64,000 nt of DNA from Bigelowiella natans CCMP2755 (Eukaryota; Protista; Cercozoa): contig ADNK01001280.1 in assembly GCA_000320545.1 (NCBI GenBank), positions 1-64,000 of the forward strand, in the 5' to 3' direction. Below the pieces are notes generated by a model. The model ran no database searches and was not told the DNA's origin. It saw only the letters and a list, made by a program, of their open reading frames with translations. Position 1 is the stretch's first letter. Every line of letters starts with the position of its first letter. The position numbers and the translations under genes were made by a program. Shown piece after piece: positions 1 to 13,637 of the stretch.

Positions 1-2
1 TA

Positions 3-506
3 TTATAGGTTGTCTTCTTGTTTTGAACTCCGATAATGCTTGTTCTTCCTTACCTGATCGTATGCATATGTTCCCAGCGCTCCGCCTCTAATTGTTGTTA
101 TTGCTGCTGCTGCTGCTTGCCTACTAGCTGATCTTGCCATTAGCGGTGGTGCTGCTGGTAGTGGTGGTAATGGTGTTTTGAATGGATCGATGAATGCCAA
201 CAACGCCGCTTTTTGGTTCCAAAAATTCTCTCGCACTGACGATGACGACGGTGTTGGCTTTACGGTCGTCATCACTCTATTATCAGTATTAATAGCTGCA
301 GAATCGTCGGAAGATGACGACCAAATTGGCGCGCCATCTTCAAAAGCTGGCAGCAGTATCTTTCGTTCTGTTTTTAATCCTCCTCCATTATCAAGTAGTG
401 CAGCGGTTGCTTCATTACGGCTGCTCACGGATGCAATAATGATGATGGTGATGATGATGATGGTGAGGAGACGGAAAAAATAACACGAGCAACATGTTGC
501 CACCAC
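3..506 (-). CDS. 5' part of an unknown protein with an N-terminal hydrophobic signal-like segment; continues off the window edge
   Basis: 167-aa ORF starting MVATCCSCYFFRLLTIIIITIIIIASVSS; divergent from the next gene; no recognisable domain. Confidence 0.45.
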   Translation of the reverse strand: MVATCCSCYFFRLLTIIIITIIIIASVSSRNEATAALLDNGGGLKTERKILLPAFEDGAPIWSSSSDDSAAINTDNRVMTTVKPTPSSSSVRENFWNQKAALLAFIDPFKTPLPPLPAAPPLMARSASRQAAAAAITTIRGGALGTYAYDQVRKNKHYRSSKQEDNL

Positions 507-1114
507 CTGAGATATATCATTTGATTTGTCAGCTACCTGTCATGGAAGATGGCATTTGCTCGCAGAAATGTGTGAGCACCATTCAGGTACGTGGAAAGAT
601 TGGTTGTCATGCGGAAGTAACATAAACACCTCGAGAAGCAGGTTGCTCTTCTTTCGTGGAGTCAGACGCAACATATGTTCGTCTTGTTGTCCGTCCTTCT
701 CCTCCCCCCCCTCCTCATCATGCCTTTTCCAGTCATCATCACATTATCATTGGTTGGAGGTCTGTTGCTTGTTGTTTCGGGTCGGTCGAGTCTCCTTGCA
801 ACCACTATGTCTTAAAAGGAGCTGTAGCTTGCTTTTCTGAAGGAGCACAAACCAACAAATGCATATAATTTACATACAACGACTTCGGTTTTCCCTGATA
901 CTAATCAAAAATAGAATAATGATGTCGTCTAGTATTATTGGATGTAATTTTGGCCATGCGACTTAGATTTCCATGTTGTAATTTGTTGTCGTACTAGACT
1001 AGATCTAGATGATAACAACGATGATGCTGTGGTATAAAACGTCGTTGTAACTGAGATAGATAAATTTCATGTAATTAGATCTCTGGCTGGGAGAGAGGAG
1101 AGAGAGAAAGAGAG

Positions 1115-1196
1115 AGAGGCACTCAACTATCGTTACAGCACTACGAACTATTATTAGAGGCACTCAACTATCGTTACAGCACTACGAACTATTATT
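1115..1196. repeat. Perfect 41-bp tandem duplication in the divergent promoter region
   Basis: agaggcactcaactatcgttacagcactacgaactattatt occurs twice head-to-tail. Confidence 0.9.
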
Positions 1197-1242
1197 GATC
1201 AGTAACAAGGACTAGGGAGGAGTAAGAGGCCAGCCATAGACG

Positions 1243-3613
1243 ATGAAGGAGTCTTCCTCGGGAGAAATTAAGCAAAGTGCCTCAGATATTCGTCTGATTG
1301 ATTTAGATGCTGCAGCTGTTGGTGGTGGTAAAAGCTCAAATCGGGACGAAGATGCGAGACATACAACTTGTTCGGATTTATTTAAATCAATCTTAAATAT
1401 TAAAAAGAAGTATCGATGTGAAGCATTCTTCATCATACTTCTTTTATTCGCTATATGGCTTGCGCTTGCCGTGCAACTGGTTGTTGAAGCATTGGAACAA
1501 GCATCAAATCCAATCGTAGAAGTTCGGCAGGAAAGCATTGCAGGTAATCATAAATTATTATAGCACATGTAACAACTTCTTCACCTATCACAACAAGTCA
1601 CCTGTCATTATTTTTATTTTTATGATTATTTATGTATCTACATGTGGGATTTATCGATGATTCATGTGAGATATGAGGATTATCTTTCTTTTAGGGAATG
1701 CAAGATTTCCATACATGACTCTGTGCTCTATAAACCTCGTCAATCCGGGGTTGGATAAGAATTGGTTCAAAAACCTAACGATTCTTGAAATTCCAAATTG
1801 GGATACCTCAAGTACAACCGCAGGTACTCATTAATAAATAAGAATTACGAGTTATGAATATGCGTTTATTACGACCTAGTGATATAGTAGATGATGAAAG
1901 CAAGCTGGTGTTTGGTGGTGGTGTAATCTGAAATTGCCTAGTACTACCCAATTTAGAAGCTCCATGGATCATCAATTATCATCATAATTATGGATGATGT
2001 TCCTGGTTATCTTCTATTGACAGATTCCTGGCATGGCGTGGCCCCAGTCGATCATCAATTCATAAGTGCAGAAAAATACGACCGGAATGGAAGTTGCTTA
2101 AATATTGATTCAGGTTAGCCGTTCTCGTCATTAAGATGAGGAGGATGTACACAATGAGTGAATCATTACTACTTCTAACTGTTTCTGAGATCCCTGATTC
2201 TGCTACTGTATATCATGAATGAAAAAAACTGTCAAACCTTATCAACTCTTGACTCTTTACGATGATGATATAACTTTATGAGATATTTAATTCGGCTTTT
2301 TATGCGCCTCAATGGTAGCAAATATGATTTCATATTATCATTGTAACAGAAGTTGGATGATGTTGTTTTGTTATGATAGTGATAGTTGTTCTCGTGGACA
2401 ACCACACATACAATAATAACCCACCCTTTCAAATTTGTTTCTATGATCCAAACATGCTGTATTATTTATCACCTGATCAATATTCTTTTTGATATTATAA
2501 TGGTATTGTGGTCAGGGAAGATAACAGTCAAGTCCAATTATCACTTCGTATCGATGAACTTTTACTTTGACATCGATTACGATGTTTTGTGCTCTATTCG
2601 AAATCAAACCTCGGGGAAATGCCTCAAACATTCTCAATCGGAGTTTTCACAGCTTTTTATTGTGTATATATATGATAACATAGAAAGGAAAAACAAGCCG
2701 CAGGTACTACATTCAGTATTATTACTTACTTACTACCACCATGTAACACTCATAATCACGATACATTATTATTTTTCCCTGTTTCCATTCGTATTCTTTA
2801 GAATGCCCTCCAACTTTAAACTCTGTGTTGATATCATCATCTACGACAATACCCTTCCGACAGATAGGTGTACAATATTAATACCAGTCTTTGTGTTCAG
2901 ACATTATTCCTTGGCTTTGACAACGCTGATGTTGCAGTATTTTTTTCTGCGATCAAGAATATCAAGTTAAATGGTAGTTGTAGCAGATAATTCGAATTTC
3001 CTACTCTAGAAACCCATTAAACACAATTTAAATATAAAATAGACACACCTAATTATGCTGCATATCATCACAATAAGCATATATTTGTTTGTAATTATTT
3101 TTCTATGCGAGCGTGCAGACCGCATTTGCTGCAATATATATATATATATATATATATATTCTGTCAGCAAGTAGATTGTGATTGTAAAATATAAACAATA
3201 AATTATGATAAATAATAAGTAGTTGTATACTTGAAAAGGAGATGAATCGGAAACTTGGACTTTTAGCTCTAGCAGATCAACTTATAAAATACTCGATCAA
3301 GGAATTCACCGTTACAAGGTAGTAGTAAGGTTATAGATAGCGTCTTGTTGTCATGAAATGAGTAGTAGTCGTTGTTGAACCTAATCATCCAGTGAGTAGT
3401 ATTGTCAACCACCGCCCACACCACATCATACTTCAATATTAACCTCCCTGCACCTTCCAATACTACTACCTTAAAAGTGCTAGGGTGCGTGAATTGATAC
3501 TGAAGAATCTGCTCGAAGAAACACCTGTCAATCGATCATATTTCCTATCCTGAGAAACACCCGCATTATTGCCATATTTACGTTGTCATGGATAACTTAT
3601 TGTAGATGCTTCG

Positions 3614-3650
<37 letters not shown>

Positions 3651-3800
3651 ACCTATCTTCAGGTTACGTATTGGTTCACATTTATAAATCCGCTGATGAC
3701 AGTTTTACAAGAAACTCGATCAGGTAATGATTATACGTGTGATAGACAATCGTTAATTGTAAATTCGATAGTACCTCATCAATAGGTAGGTTGTTGTATA

Positions 3801-3833
<33 letters not shown>

Positions 3834-4322
3834 TGTTTCTCCTATAGCAACACCGGTATGATATATTTATTAAGTTGTAATATAATAATAATCTAAATGA
3901 TTATAATAATATGATGATGATGGTGTGAACACAGCAATGTACATATTTTTAATGTATGTAAGATGAACAAATGATCGATCACCTGTTAAAGTTATACGAT
4001 TTGATAGTAGTGTAGCGATGATTGTTATCGTCGTCGTCACCTTGAAATGTCGTCATTACATAATAATTATCAACAACATTCATCAATTTCATTATCATTC
4101 CCATCAGTGAATCCATTGGTTATAGCTTCTTCAATTGTGTCGTTCTTCATGATGATCATTGGAATATGGTCAAAGTTGTGCTTTAAGTTTCCAAGAAACC
4201 CTGATGATGCTCTTGAACCAACCCTCCCTTTGAGGAAAATGTTTGCTCTGCGCCGGAAAGTAGTAAGATTTTTCGGAATGGGACAAGCGAGGAACCAAAA
4301 ACATAGGAAAAATATAGCTTAA
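1243..4322 (+). CDS. Multi-exon two-TM channel-like protein of the PAC (TMEM206) / DEG-ENaC fold, about 380 aa
   Basis: Manual GT-AG splicing gives TM1 FFIILLLFAIWLALAVQLVV, then NPIVEVRQESIAGNARFPYMTLCSIN (FPxxTxC), a large ectodomain with N-glycosylation sequons, and WFTFINPLMTVLQETRSVNPLVIASSIVSFFMMIIGIW (TM2); stop at 4322. Confidence 0.7.
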
Positions 4323-4389
4323 CTCACTCGTAGCTGAATATGCAAGTAGACACAATACGATATACTGTATGTGAAAAATACACCAGATT

Positions 4390-5110
4390 GCCACATGCTT
4401 TCATGTGTTCATCTTGGGTATTCTTGCTGATACCACTTGTATGCAATTGATGTTAAAATGCTAACGTGTCACTACTTTCGCACATGCATGCCTAGATGCA
4501 AATTAGGCTCGGTCTTGCCCAAAATCTTGCCACGCCATTCAAGACATGCACATTTTCGTCTAGATGCATGTGCACACATATCGAATTTCGTGCATGCACA
4601 TGTGTTGCATGGGCGCGCAAACTCTAGAACTGGGAACGGCGCGATTCCACACAGGCCATGGTGCAACGAAACAAGTCATAGCTAGATTATCTAAGCTGCA
4701 TGTTCGCTGTGAGAGCAGCTGCCTGCTGCTGTTTGACAACGCCATCTTGTTATACATGCGCGACGTTGTGTAAACATTTATGGCACGCACAATATTCAAA
4801 CGCGTTTCACATGATGATATAATGAATTCGAGTCACGCACACACACAAACACACACACACACATACACACACACACACACACAATGATTGTACACTAGCA
4901 CAGGCGACCTTCTAGCCTTCGATGTAGCATCGCAATACACCTTAGACACTATATTATTATTGTGCACACAGAGGCATGGCTGTGACTACATATGATGTGC
5001 ATCTTTAAATATTTACATGTGTACACATGTGTATGTGTGTAGCCATACATGTGTAGATAGCGTCACTACTCATCAAGAACGGCAATAATAACGCGAGCAT
5101 GTGTTCGTAT
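4390..5110. other. TpA-depleted, CATG/TGCA/CTAG-rich spacer between convergent genes
   Basis: Core 4480-4750 is dominated by catgcatg/tgca motifs, with several surviving TA in ctag. Confidence 0.6.
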
Positions 5111-5394
5111 GCAACAAAGCATAGAAATAAATAACATGAAACTTTAATAATAATTTGAGTAACAACGCACGTATTTTGAGGTTCGAGGCGGACAATATAG
5201 GTGCTGAGGCTGGGCAAATAAACAGTAGGTATTTATTGAATAATATCGAGCAAGATTCGATGAAAATCTCTATCATGTTCGTCGTAGTGTATGTTGTCTC
5301 TTTTAGTTTAACATAATCCATCCTTGATAGCATAACGAACAGAAACTTATTTTTCCTTAATGAATATTATGTATGAACTTCTCCTCCTCCGCCT

Positions 5395-5977
5395 CTAATA
5401 TAAGGAGACATTTTCCTGTTGGAACTTTATGAGATCCTTACGACAAACCTAATTTGATTAGAATAAACAATACAGATGATGATGATGATGATGATGATGA
5501 TGATCAACAACAACAACAACAACAAGCACCTCATTGCTACTACCACTCAACGAAGAAGAAGACTTTGTTTTTATAGTTTTTCAACCGCAGGTGATATATG
5601 TCCTCCTCCTCCTCCTCCTCGCTACTGCTACTGCTACTACTACTACTACTACTACTACCCCTTACTACTACTACTACTACTACCGTTCCGACTGCCATTC
5701 CAAAGTTTACAACAAAGGCAAATTCAGCCCTCAACGTATGAAATAAAAACGCGATCTACAAATTGTAAGAAGACGAATACAAAATGATGATGATGCCGAT
5801 GATCATGCAAATGATAGCAATGATGATAACTTCCCCTTCTGCTCCTCTCCTTCTTCTTCCACACATTATTTATTTGAATGGAATGATGATTATGACTTGG
5901 TACCTTTTGCAAGTTGGCGTCTTTATTGAGCACAAGAGGACATTGGTCAATGTAATTCAAGAAACTGATTTATGGTT

Positions 5978-6011
<34 letters not shown>

Positions 6012-6682
6012 AATAAATATACTTTGAATATATCACCGTACAATGCATGCACAAAATAATGAAATAGGATGTAAAAGCAGCGACGTATACAACAATCATG
6101 GTCATGATCATGATCATCATCATCATCATCACGACGATCATCAGCTGTCGGCTGGTCATTGCGTATTATACTTACTAGTATACCTACCACTCGTCTCGCA
6201 TTGAGATCTCTTTTCTTCCCGCAACTTCACACGCATTGCATATTTTCTATTAAGGTAATAATAATATTATTATTATTAGTAGTAGTATTATCGATAATAC
6301 TAATAATAACTTGTCACATAAGAATAGCAACCACCACCAGCAGCACCACCAGCAGCAGCAGTAGCAGATCAACACACCGCACATATTCGTTCATTGATCA
6401 CAATAATTAATAATTAACAAATATATATCAAATATATATGAACAACAACAAAATATTCTTACAATACCAATAACAACAACTAATAGAAGTAAGTACATAT
6501 AATCTAAGTTGTCAAATTTTATTATTACTACTACTACTACAACTACTACTACTACTATTCCGGGCGTTGTTGTTATTTACCTCCAACACCCTATGATGAA
6601 TGCTGCCAAGAAGCACTGGATTGTCTTTACTGTGCACCACTGTTAATAATATGATTATTATCACTATTAGAAGAAGCAACAC

Positions 6683-6714
<32 letters not shown>

Positions 6715-7015
6715 TGGTAGTAGCGTTGTCGTCACTAGCAGCAGCATATTGTTGTGATATTATGATTCAATTGAGTTAAACCGCTACTACTACTACTACC
6801 ACTACCAGCTATAGCAGAATCATCATCCTTTGGAGAACAGCAGCCCTCTAAGACCTACATCATAGTCGTGGTTGGTATAATGTTATATTGTTTATGCTGC
6901 TTATCAAGTCAAAATGATATTGGTGCTCATGAGTCGTATGCGCGTATATATGTGTGTATATACGTATGGACGTGTGAGTGTGTGTTTAAATAAATTTGAT
7001 GATAATGATAATGAA

Positions 7016-7049
<34 letters not shown>

Positions 7050-8077
7050 ACCCTTCTGATATCGGTGATTTTAGTAGCGTACGCATCGATGACAAACCGG
7101 TCTCCAATGGGTTGCATTAATTTCTACGTCAGTGAGAGGACGAGAATGAGGAGGAGAAGAAGGAGGAGGAGTGTAAGCAAACTACGTTGGGTAGTAATAA
7201 TAGGTGAATTCAAACTACAAAGGAAGAGTATTGTACAGAAATAGGAAGAAGAGTGCCAGGATGTCGGTAGTCCTGCAATGTAATGATTTCTTCTCCTTCT
7301 TCTTCTTATTGTTCTTACACAAACACAACGATTACCTCTGCTGTCACATCCAGTGCATGGTGCGAAGAAGGCACCAGTAACAATGGGATGTGCCTGGATG
7401 ATAAGATCATAAAAACATGTTGTTGATTATGATTATGACAATTATCATGATGGATGATGACAGGAGGGGTATCTATGATTCATGCTAATCAAAGCTGTTG
7501 TTATTGTTGTTGTTTGAGGTAGTAATAATATACCTTAAAGTGCAGCAACTGTCATAAATGTTGTGCGATAGCTGCATTCCGACCTGGGGAGAGGTAGATG
7601 AAATAATAAAGAATAATACGATCAGTGATTAAGATCAAGATGGACAACAAGAACAACTAGAAGAACAAGCTGGTGGTAATGTGTTGTCCCATTAAGTCGT
7701 CGTCAATGGAAATCACCAGCAGTAGCAATAGAACTACTACTACTACTACTACTACTACTACAAGTAGTACTAGGTATATCGTTACGCATAGATTATACGC
7801 GTAGTAGTAGTAGAAGTAGTAGTAGTAGAAGTAGTAGTAGTACTCCGCAGGATATGAGGGTCACCAGCAGAACAGGTAACAGTAAACTGAGATTGGATGG
7901 AACAAGGAGCGACAACAACAACAACAACGACAGATGCCAAACGACATACAAGTATAATATATCATTCTTTATAACATATCAAGACCCCTACTACTACTAC
8001 TACTACTACTAGAAAGAAATAAAGATAGATAGGTTGATACTGGAGAAGTAGTAGCACTAGTACAGCCAGCAGTAGCG

Positions 8078-8114
<37 letters not shown>

Positions 8115-8163
8115 CAAGGTAGAATAAGATAGATGATCGATACCACCAGATCGATAATAATAT

Positions 8164-8194
<31 letters not shown>

Positions 8195-8516
8195 AAGTAT
8201 AGACTGGTGGAAAATATTAATTCATCAACGTTGCGTGGCACTACTATTACTGCTACTACTACTACTGCTACTACTGCTACTACTGCTACTACTGACTGCT
8301 GTTGTTGTTATGTAGTTCGAGTATTGTTAATAATCATGATAACAACATCGAATATATATTATGTGGTGCGTAATAATACCCCTCTAATCCAGTCAAACCA
8401 TATGCAATCATGCCCTGGAAGAAAGAATAGAGGATGATCATTATTATTATTTGATATTTAATAATATTGAGATGTATTACCATCATCGAATGAAGAGAGC
8501 GAGAAAGAAAAAGAGA

Positions 8517-8557
<41 letters not shown>

Positions 8558-8605
8558 CATCATAGTCGTCTTCATTAACAACATCATCAAGTGTGATCCC
8601 TTCTT

Positions 8606-8636
<31 letters not shown>

Positions 8637-9145
8637 TGATTATGATCGTTATGATGATTGAGTGAGTGAGTGACTAAATCATTAACTAGTGCATTGATTT
8701 ACAATAACGTGTGGTGAAGCGACCATGCACTAACTTACATATCTATATATCAATACTACTAATAATACCTGATTATTATGCTGATGATCATAACACTACC
8801 ATTAACATACACAACACTACTACTACTACTACTACTACTTGACAAATTAAATCATCATTATCGGTGTGGTAGCGTACAGTAGTTAGTTGTGTGCGTGGTA
8901 TGTATTCTCAAATAAACGATGATAATCTATTAGATTATGAATGCATGATTACTAATTATTTGTACCGCAGAGAACGTCTGAGTCACAGATGCTGTCAATC
9001 CTGCTCCCCCCACCTACAAACACAACACAACACAACGATGATGATGATCATGATGATGATTATGGTAGTATGAGGAGAGGTAGAAGAACAACTACTCACA
9101 AGGGCAAAGCAAGCTAGCCTATCCCCAGTCTTGATATTATTTTCC

Positions 9146-9177
<32 letters not shown>

Positions 9178-9601
9178 ATGATGATGAGTCACCACAATTA
9201 AGTACAGTCATTTTGATAATAACATTAGAAACACACGCACGGACAAAATGCATTACTACTATTACTACTACTAGTGATAGAGGTATATAATTCGTTTTAG
9301 CACCGCACCATTAGAGTTAGCAGGTAATGGTAGTAGTTGTAGTAGTAGTAGTAGTAGTAGTAGTAGTACCTCAGAAGTGAGCAAAGAAGCAGGAATTATA
9401 AGCATAGAAAGCATGCCCACGACTCGACCAAGAGCAGCACCAGTCACGAACATGGGAGCGTATACACCCGCAGGTAATTTAAGCTGATAATCATAATCAT
9501 AACGATGATGATGATCATGATGATGATAGTACATGTACCACTACTACTGCTATTACTGCGGATACTAATAATAACAATAATATGTGTTCAGTGTTGGTTA
9601 G

Positions 9602-9640
<39 letters not shown>

Positions 9641-9899
9641 GTGTGTGTGTGTGCATGTGTCAGATGTTGATGGTTCTATTGTCTCTTTTCTTCTTTCTTC
9701 CTTCCTTTTCTTTTTGTTCTTCCTCTTCTTTCTACCAACACACCGTGATAAAGAGCATAGAGAAGAAATAGTATGTTGCTGCAAATGTCAATAGCCTAAT
9801 AATAACCTGAGATAAATCACATACCAACCAACCAACAATAGGCTGCTGAGATAGATCATACCAACCAACCAACCAAGATGACGCTGATACGTGCTACTG

Positions 9900-9933
<34 letters not shown>

Positions 9934-10533
9934 CGAAATGATGATCATCAAACTACTACTAACTTGTAATACTACCCCTCCCCCGTAATGATCATCAAAC
10001 TACTACTAACTTGTAATACTACCCCTCCCCCTCCTCCTCACCACCACCACTACCACCATCATCACTGGTTTCATTATTTAAACTTAAAATCTGAACTACA
10101 TACAATAAGTATCACAACAACAATTACTACTTACTACTACTACTGCAATATAAGAGTGAGGTTTTCGATTATCGATTCTTTCTTCTTCTTCTTCTTCTTC
10201 TTCTTCTTTTTTCTTCTCCTTGTTTACATGTAAGCTATCGTAACCCCAGAAGGAAGGCATTTTACCTTTTATGTTAAAGTAGTATTATATAAAGACGACG
10301 TGAATGATTGCAGGGGTGATTACGACAACAATCATCATGATAATGATGATGATGATGCTGCCAAAGAGCAAGTAGCAGCACCATACATCATCCCACTATC
10401 ACCACCGTCGTCATCATCCTAATTATCATCATCATATTTCTTGGTGGCAGATAGGTAGTAGTAGTATATTTGGTGCTAACGATGTTAAGATCAGTAGCAT
10501 CATGTATTCGAGTAGTAGTACTAAGACGATGTA

Positions 10534-10564
<31 letters not shown>

Positions 10565-10737
10565 GCTATCATTATTACTATTACCGGGGAATAATAGATC
10601 ATCTACTATGAGACGCTGTGGCTTTAACATAGGGCCTTTAAGGAACACACACACACAAATTATATTGAAATGTAATGCATCTAACAGACAGCGTGGGGCT
10701 TTTCTTTAGAGAAGAGAACAAAATAGTCATCTACCAG

Positions 10738-10775
<38 letters not shown>

Positions 10776-10979
10776 GCAAGTTCCGAAGTGTTCAAGTAGT
10801 GGTATTTACGACGACTACAACTACTATCATACTACTATTACGCAAGATATGCAATAGTCACGACAACAGCTGTCCATGCCTGGTATTAAATGTATGCATA
10901 ATGATTATGATAATGATAATGATGATGATGACGATGATGACTTTTTCAATCATATCTTTTTGCTCTGCTGCTGCTACTG

Positions 10980-11020
<41 letters not shown>

Positions 11021-11256
11021 ATGTAACATGTATGTAAATACATCACCACCATTGATCAAGTGCAACAACGTGAAAAAGAAGAAGAAAAAGAAGAGGAAAT
11101 GATGAAGAAGACAATAGCATTACTCCTGTGCTCATAAAATTGGGAAGATAGTTTTGCACACGAAGTCTCATTTTTCGTCTGAATAATAAAGTCATTGAGA
11201 TTCAGTCATTTACCTTTAATGAATATGTATCTGTTTCATTGGGATCTCATTATCCT

Positions 11257-11304
<48 letters not shown>

Positions 11305-13026
11305 CTCTCCCCCTCTCCCTCTATCTTTCTCTTACAACAATAAATTAAAACACAACCTGGTTTGAACGATCTGTGCATGTAAGTACACGAATCTGTGGAT
11401 ATTAATAATAAAAAATTAACGGCATCATCATCCATCATCATAATAATCATCAGGTACCGATGTCACAATAAAACATCATCATCATATCGTTTTAATATAC
11501 GTATTATGTTGTTGGTCTTAACAAGTAATCCAGTACTACTACTACTACTTACAGAGGCCCCAATAGTCCTGTTAGTAGACCGATTGAACACATTATAACA
11601 ATATCTACTCCTGTGAATCTAAAAAGTAGGAGGAGGAGGAGGAGGAGGAGGAGGAGGAGGAAGAGGAAATCATACAAAGAAAAAGAAGAAGAAGAAGAAC
11701 TAGATATATGGTAGTACTTACAGAGTCATATTGACATCTTTGAACTGTACGCTAAATAAAGGTACAATCCCAATGGAGATAAGCAGCTGTACATCGAATA
11801 AACGACAAATAGTCAGGAGGGGTATTGTGAAAGAAAGAGAGAGAGAAAACTCATTTTTTGGCCACTCAAAATAGCAAGAGAACATACATACATCCTACTA
11901 ACACCCCCCCCCCGGGCCCCTCCCCAACAACAACAACAACAACAATAACAACAACGATGATAATAATAATAATAATAACAATAACAATATTAATAAGTCT
12001 CCTAAAAAAAATCAAATCTTGTAGTTAGTAGCAACCAAAACCCTAAATGTTCTATGAAACAGAACTGTTTTTGTTATTATTATTATTTTTATTATTATTA
12101 GTAGTAGTATTAGAAGGAGTAGTAATAGTAGCATTATCATCATCTAGATGCCGGGAAGAACATCATCCACAGGTAGGTAAAATATGCTTTTCTTTTTGTT
12201 GTTGTTCTTCTTACGCGCTGTATTCCTGTGTTGGTCACGAATGCAATAATGGCCGACGAAAATGTGCTCCAATAATGGCTCACCACAAACGTGATCGATG
12301 TAACCTCAAAAGAGGAGGAGGAGGAGGAGGAGGAAGAAGCAGAATTGTTTGATTAAATAAGCAATGGAAGATGATGAGATGGTAGTGATAATACTGTTGT
12401 AGTAGTAGTAGTAAGTAGAAGTAGTAGTAGTAGTACCTCGATAGAGAACAATGTTCCTCCAATAGCACTTCCCATACAAGCAGCAATACCAACCGCCGCA
12501 CCAGCACACAACAAACGACGCTAACAAATTCAAAACACAATGCCTCACCGATTTACCACTTGTGCTCCTGCTGCTGCTGCTGCTACTGCACGTATTTTGT
12601 GTGGAAGATTTGCTTTCATACTCAATATACTGTTTACAGAATTCTTTGAAGAATATGGGTATAGTAGAAAATTAATAATAATGATAAAAAAATAAAAATC
12701 GTAATTACAATATTAATGACATTCTATCATCATCCTAAAAACGGAAGAAGGAAGTGCTACACTAATACCACAACGATGATCATGATGATGATGATCATAT
12801 CAATACCTTAGATATTGCATTTTTGAATGCATGCCTACGAGTTTGAGCAGCTACAGCAGCAGCAAGATGTATGAAGGGTCCTGATCACCGTTTTCACCAT
12901 TATCATCATCATTATCATCATCATCATCATCATCATCAAAGTGTGTTAATATTACCTTCTCTTCCGATTGGAATTCCTGCTCCTAATGCTAGCATTGTGG
13001 CTACAGATTTGCCAACTAGGAGTCTG

Positions 13027-13063
<37 letters not shown>

Positions 13064-13085
13064 GCGTGTGCGTGCGTGAGCAGCA

Positions 13086-13125
<40 letters not shown>

Positions 13126-13222
13126 GAAATAAGAGGAGGAGGAGGAATATCAAGGAAAACTTACAATCAAGTAAGAATTGAGGCAGTAGTAATTCGTGGA
13201 GGCTTATTATTAGATACACCTT

Positions 13223-13257
<35 letters not shown>

Positions 13258-13602
13258 GTTACTTCCACAATTAGTACTACCTGCAATGACAACAACGATT
13301 ATAAGATTTATAATAGTAACAATAATGTTACTACGGGTTACTACCTGAGGAAAGAGCTCATCTTGACTTCTCCAGCGAGAACAGCCTATACGCAATAATA
13401 TGCATCGACCGACGTATAATCTTGGTGAGGATGATGACGACGATCACAATGAATGTTATCATTTTTATACTGACGTAAATATTTAGATGACAGTAGTACT
13501 TTGAGTTGAGGTATTCCAGAGCCTGCACCTTCAGGTGCTATGTATTCGGTTACGACTACAGATCCTTACATAGAACAGATAATCACGATAATTCAAAGTA
13601 GT

Positions 13603-13637
<35 letters not shown>

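Noticed and set aside
1115-1196. CRISPR-like or regulatory array
   Set aside because: Only two adjacent copies with no spacers; a simple tandem duplication in a eukaryote.
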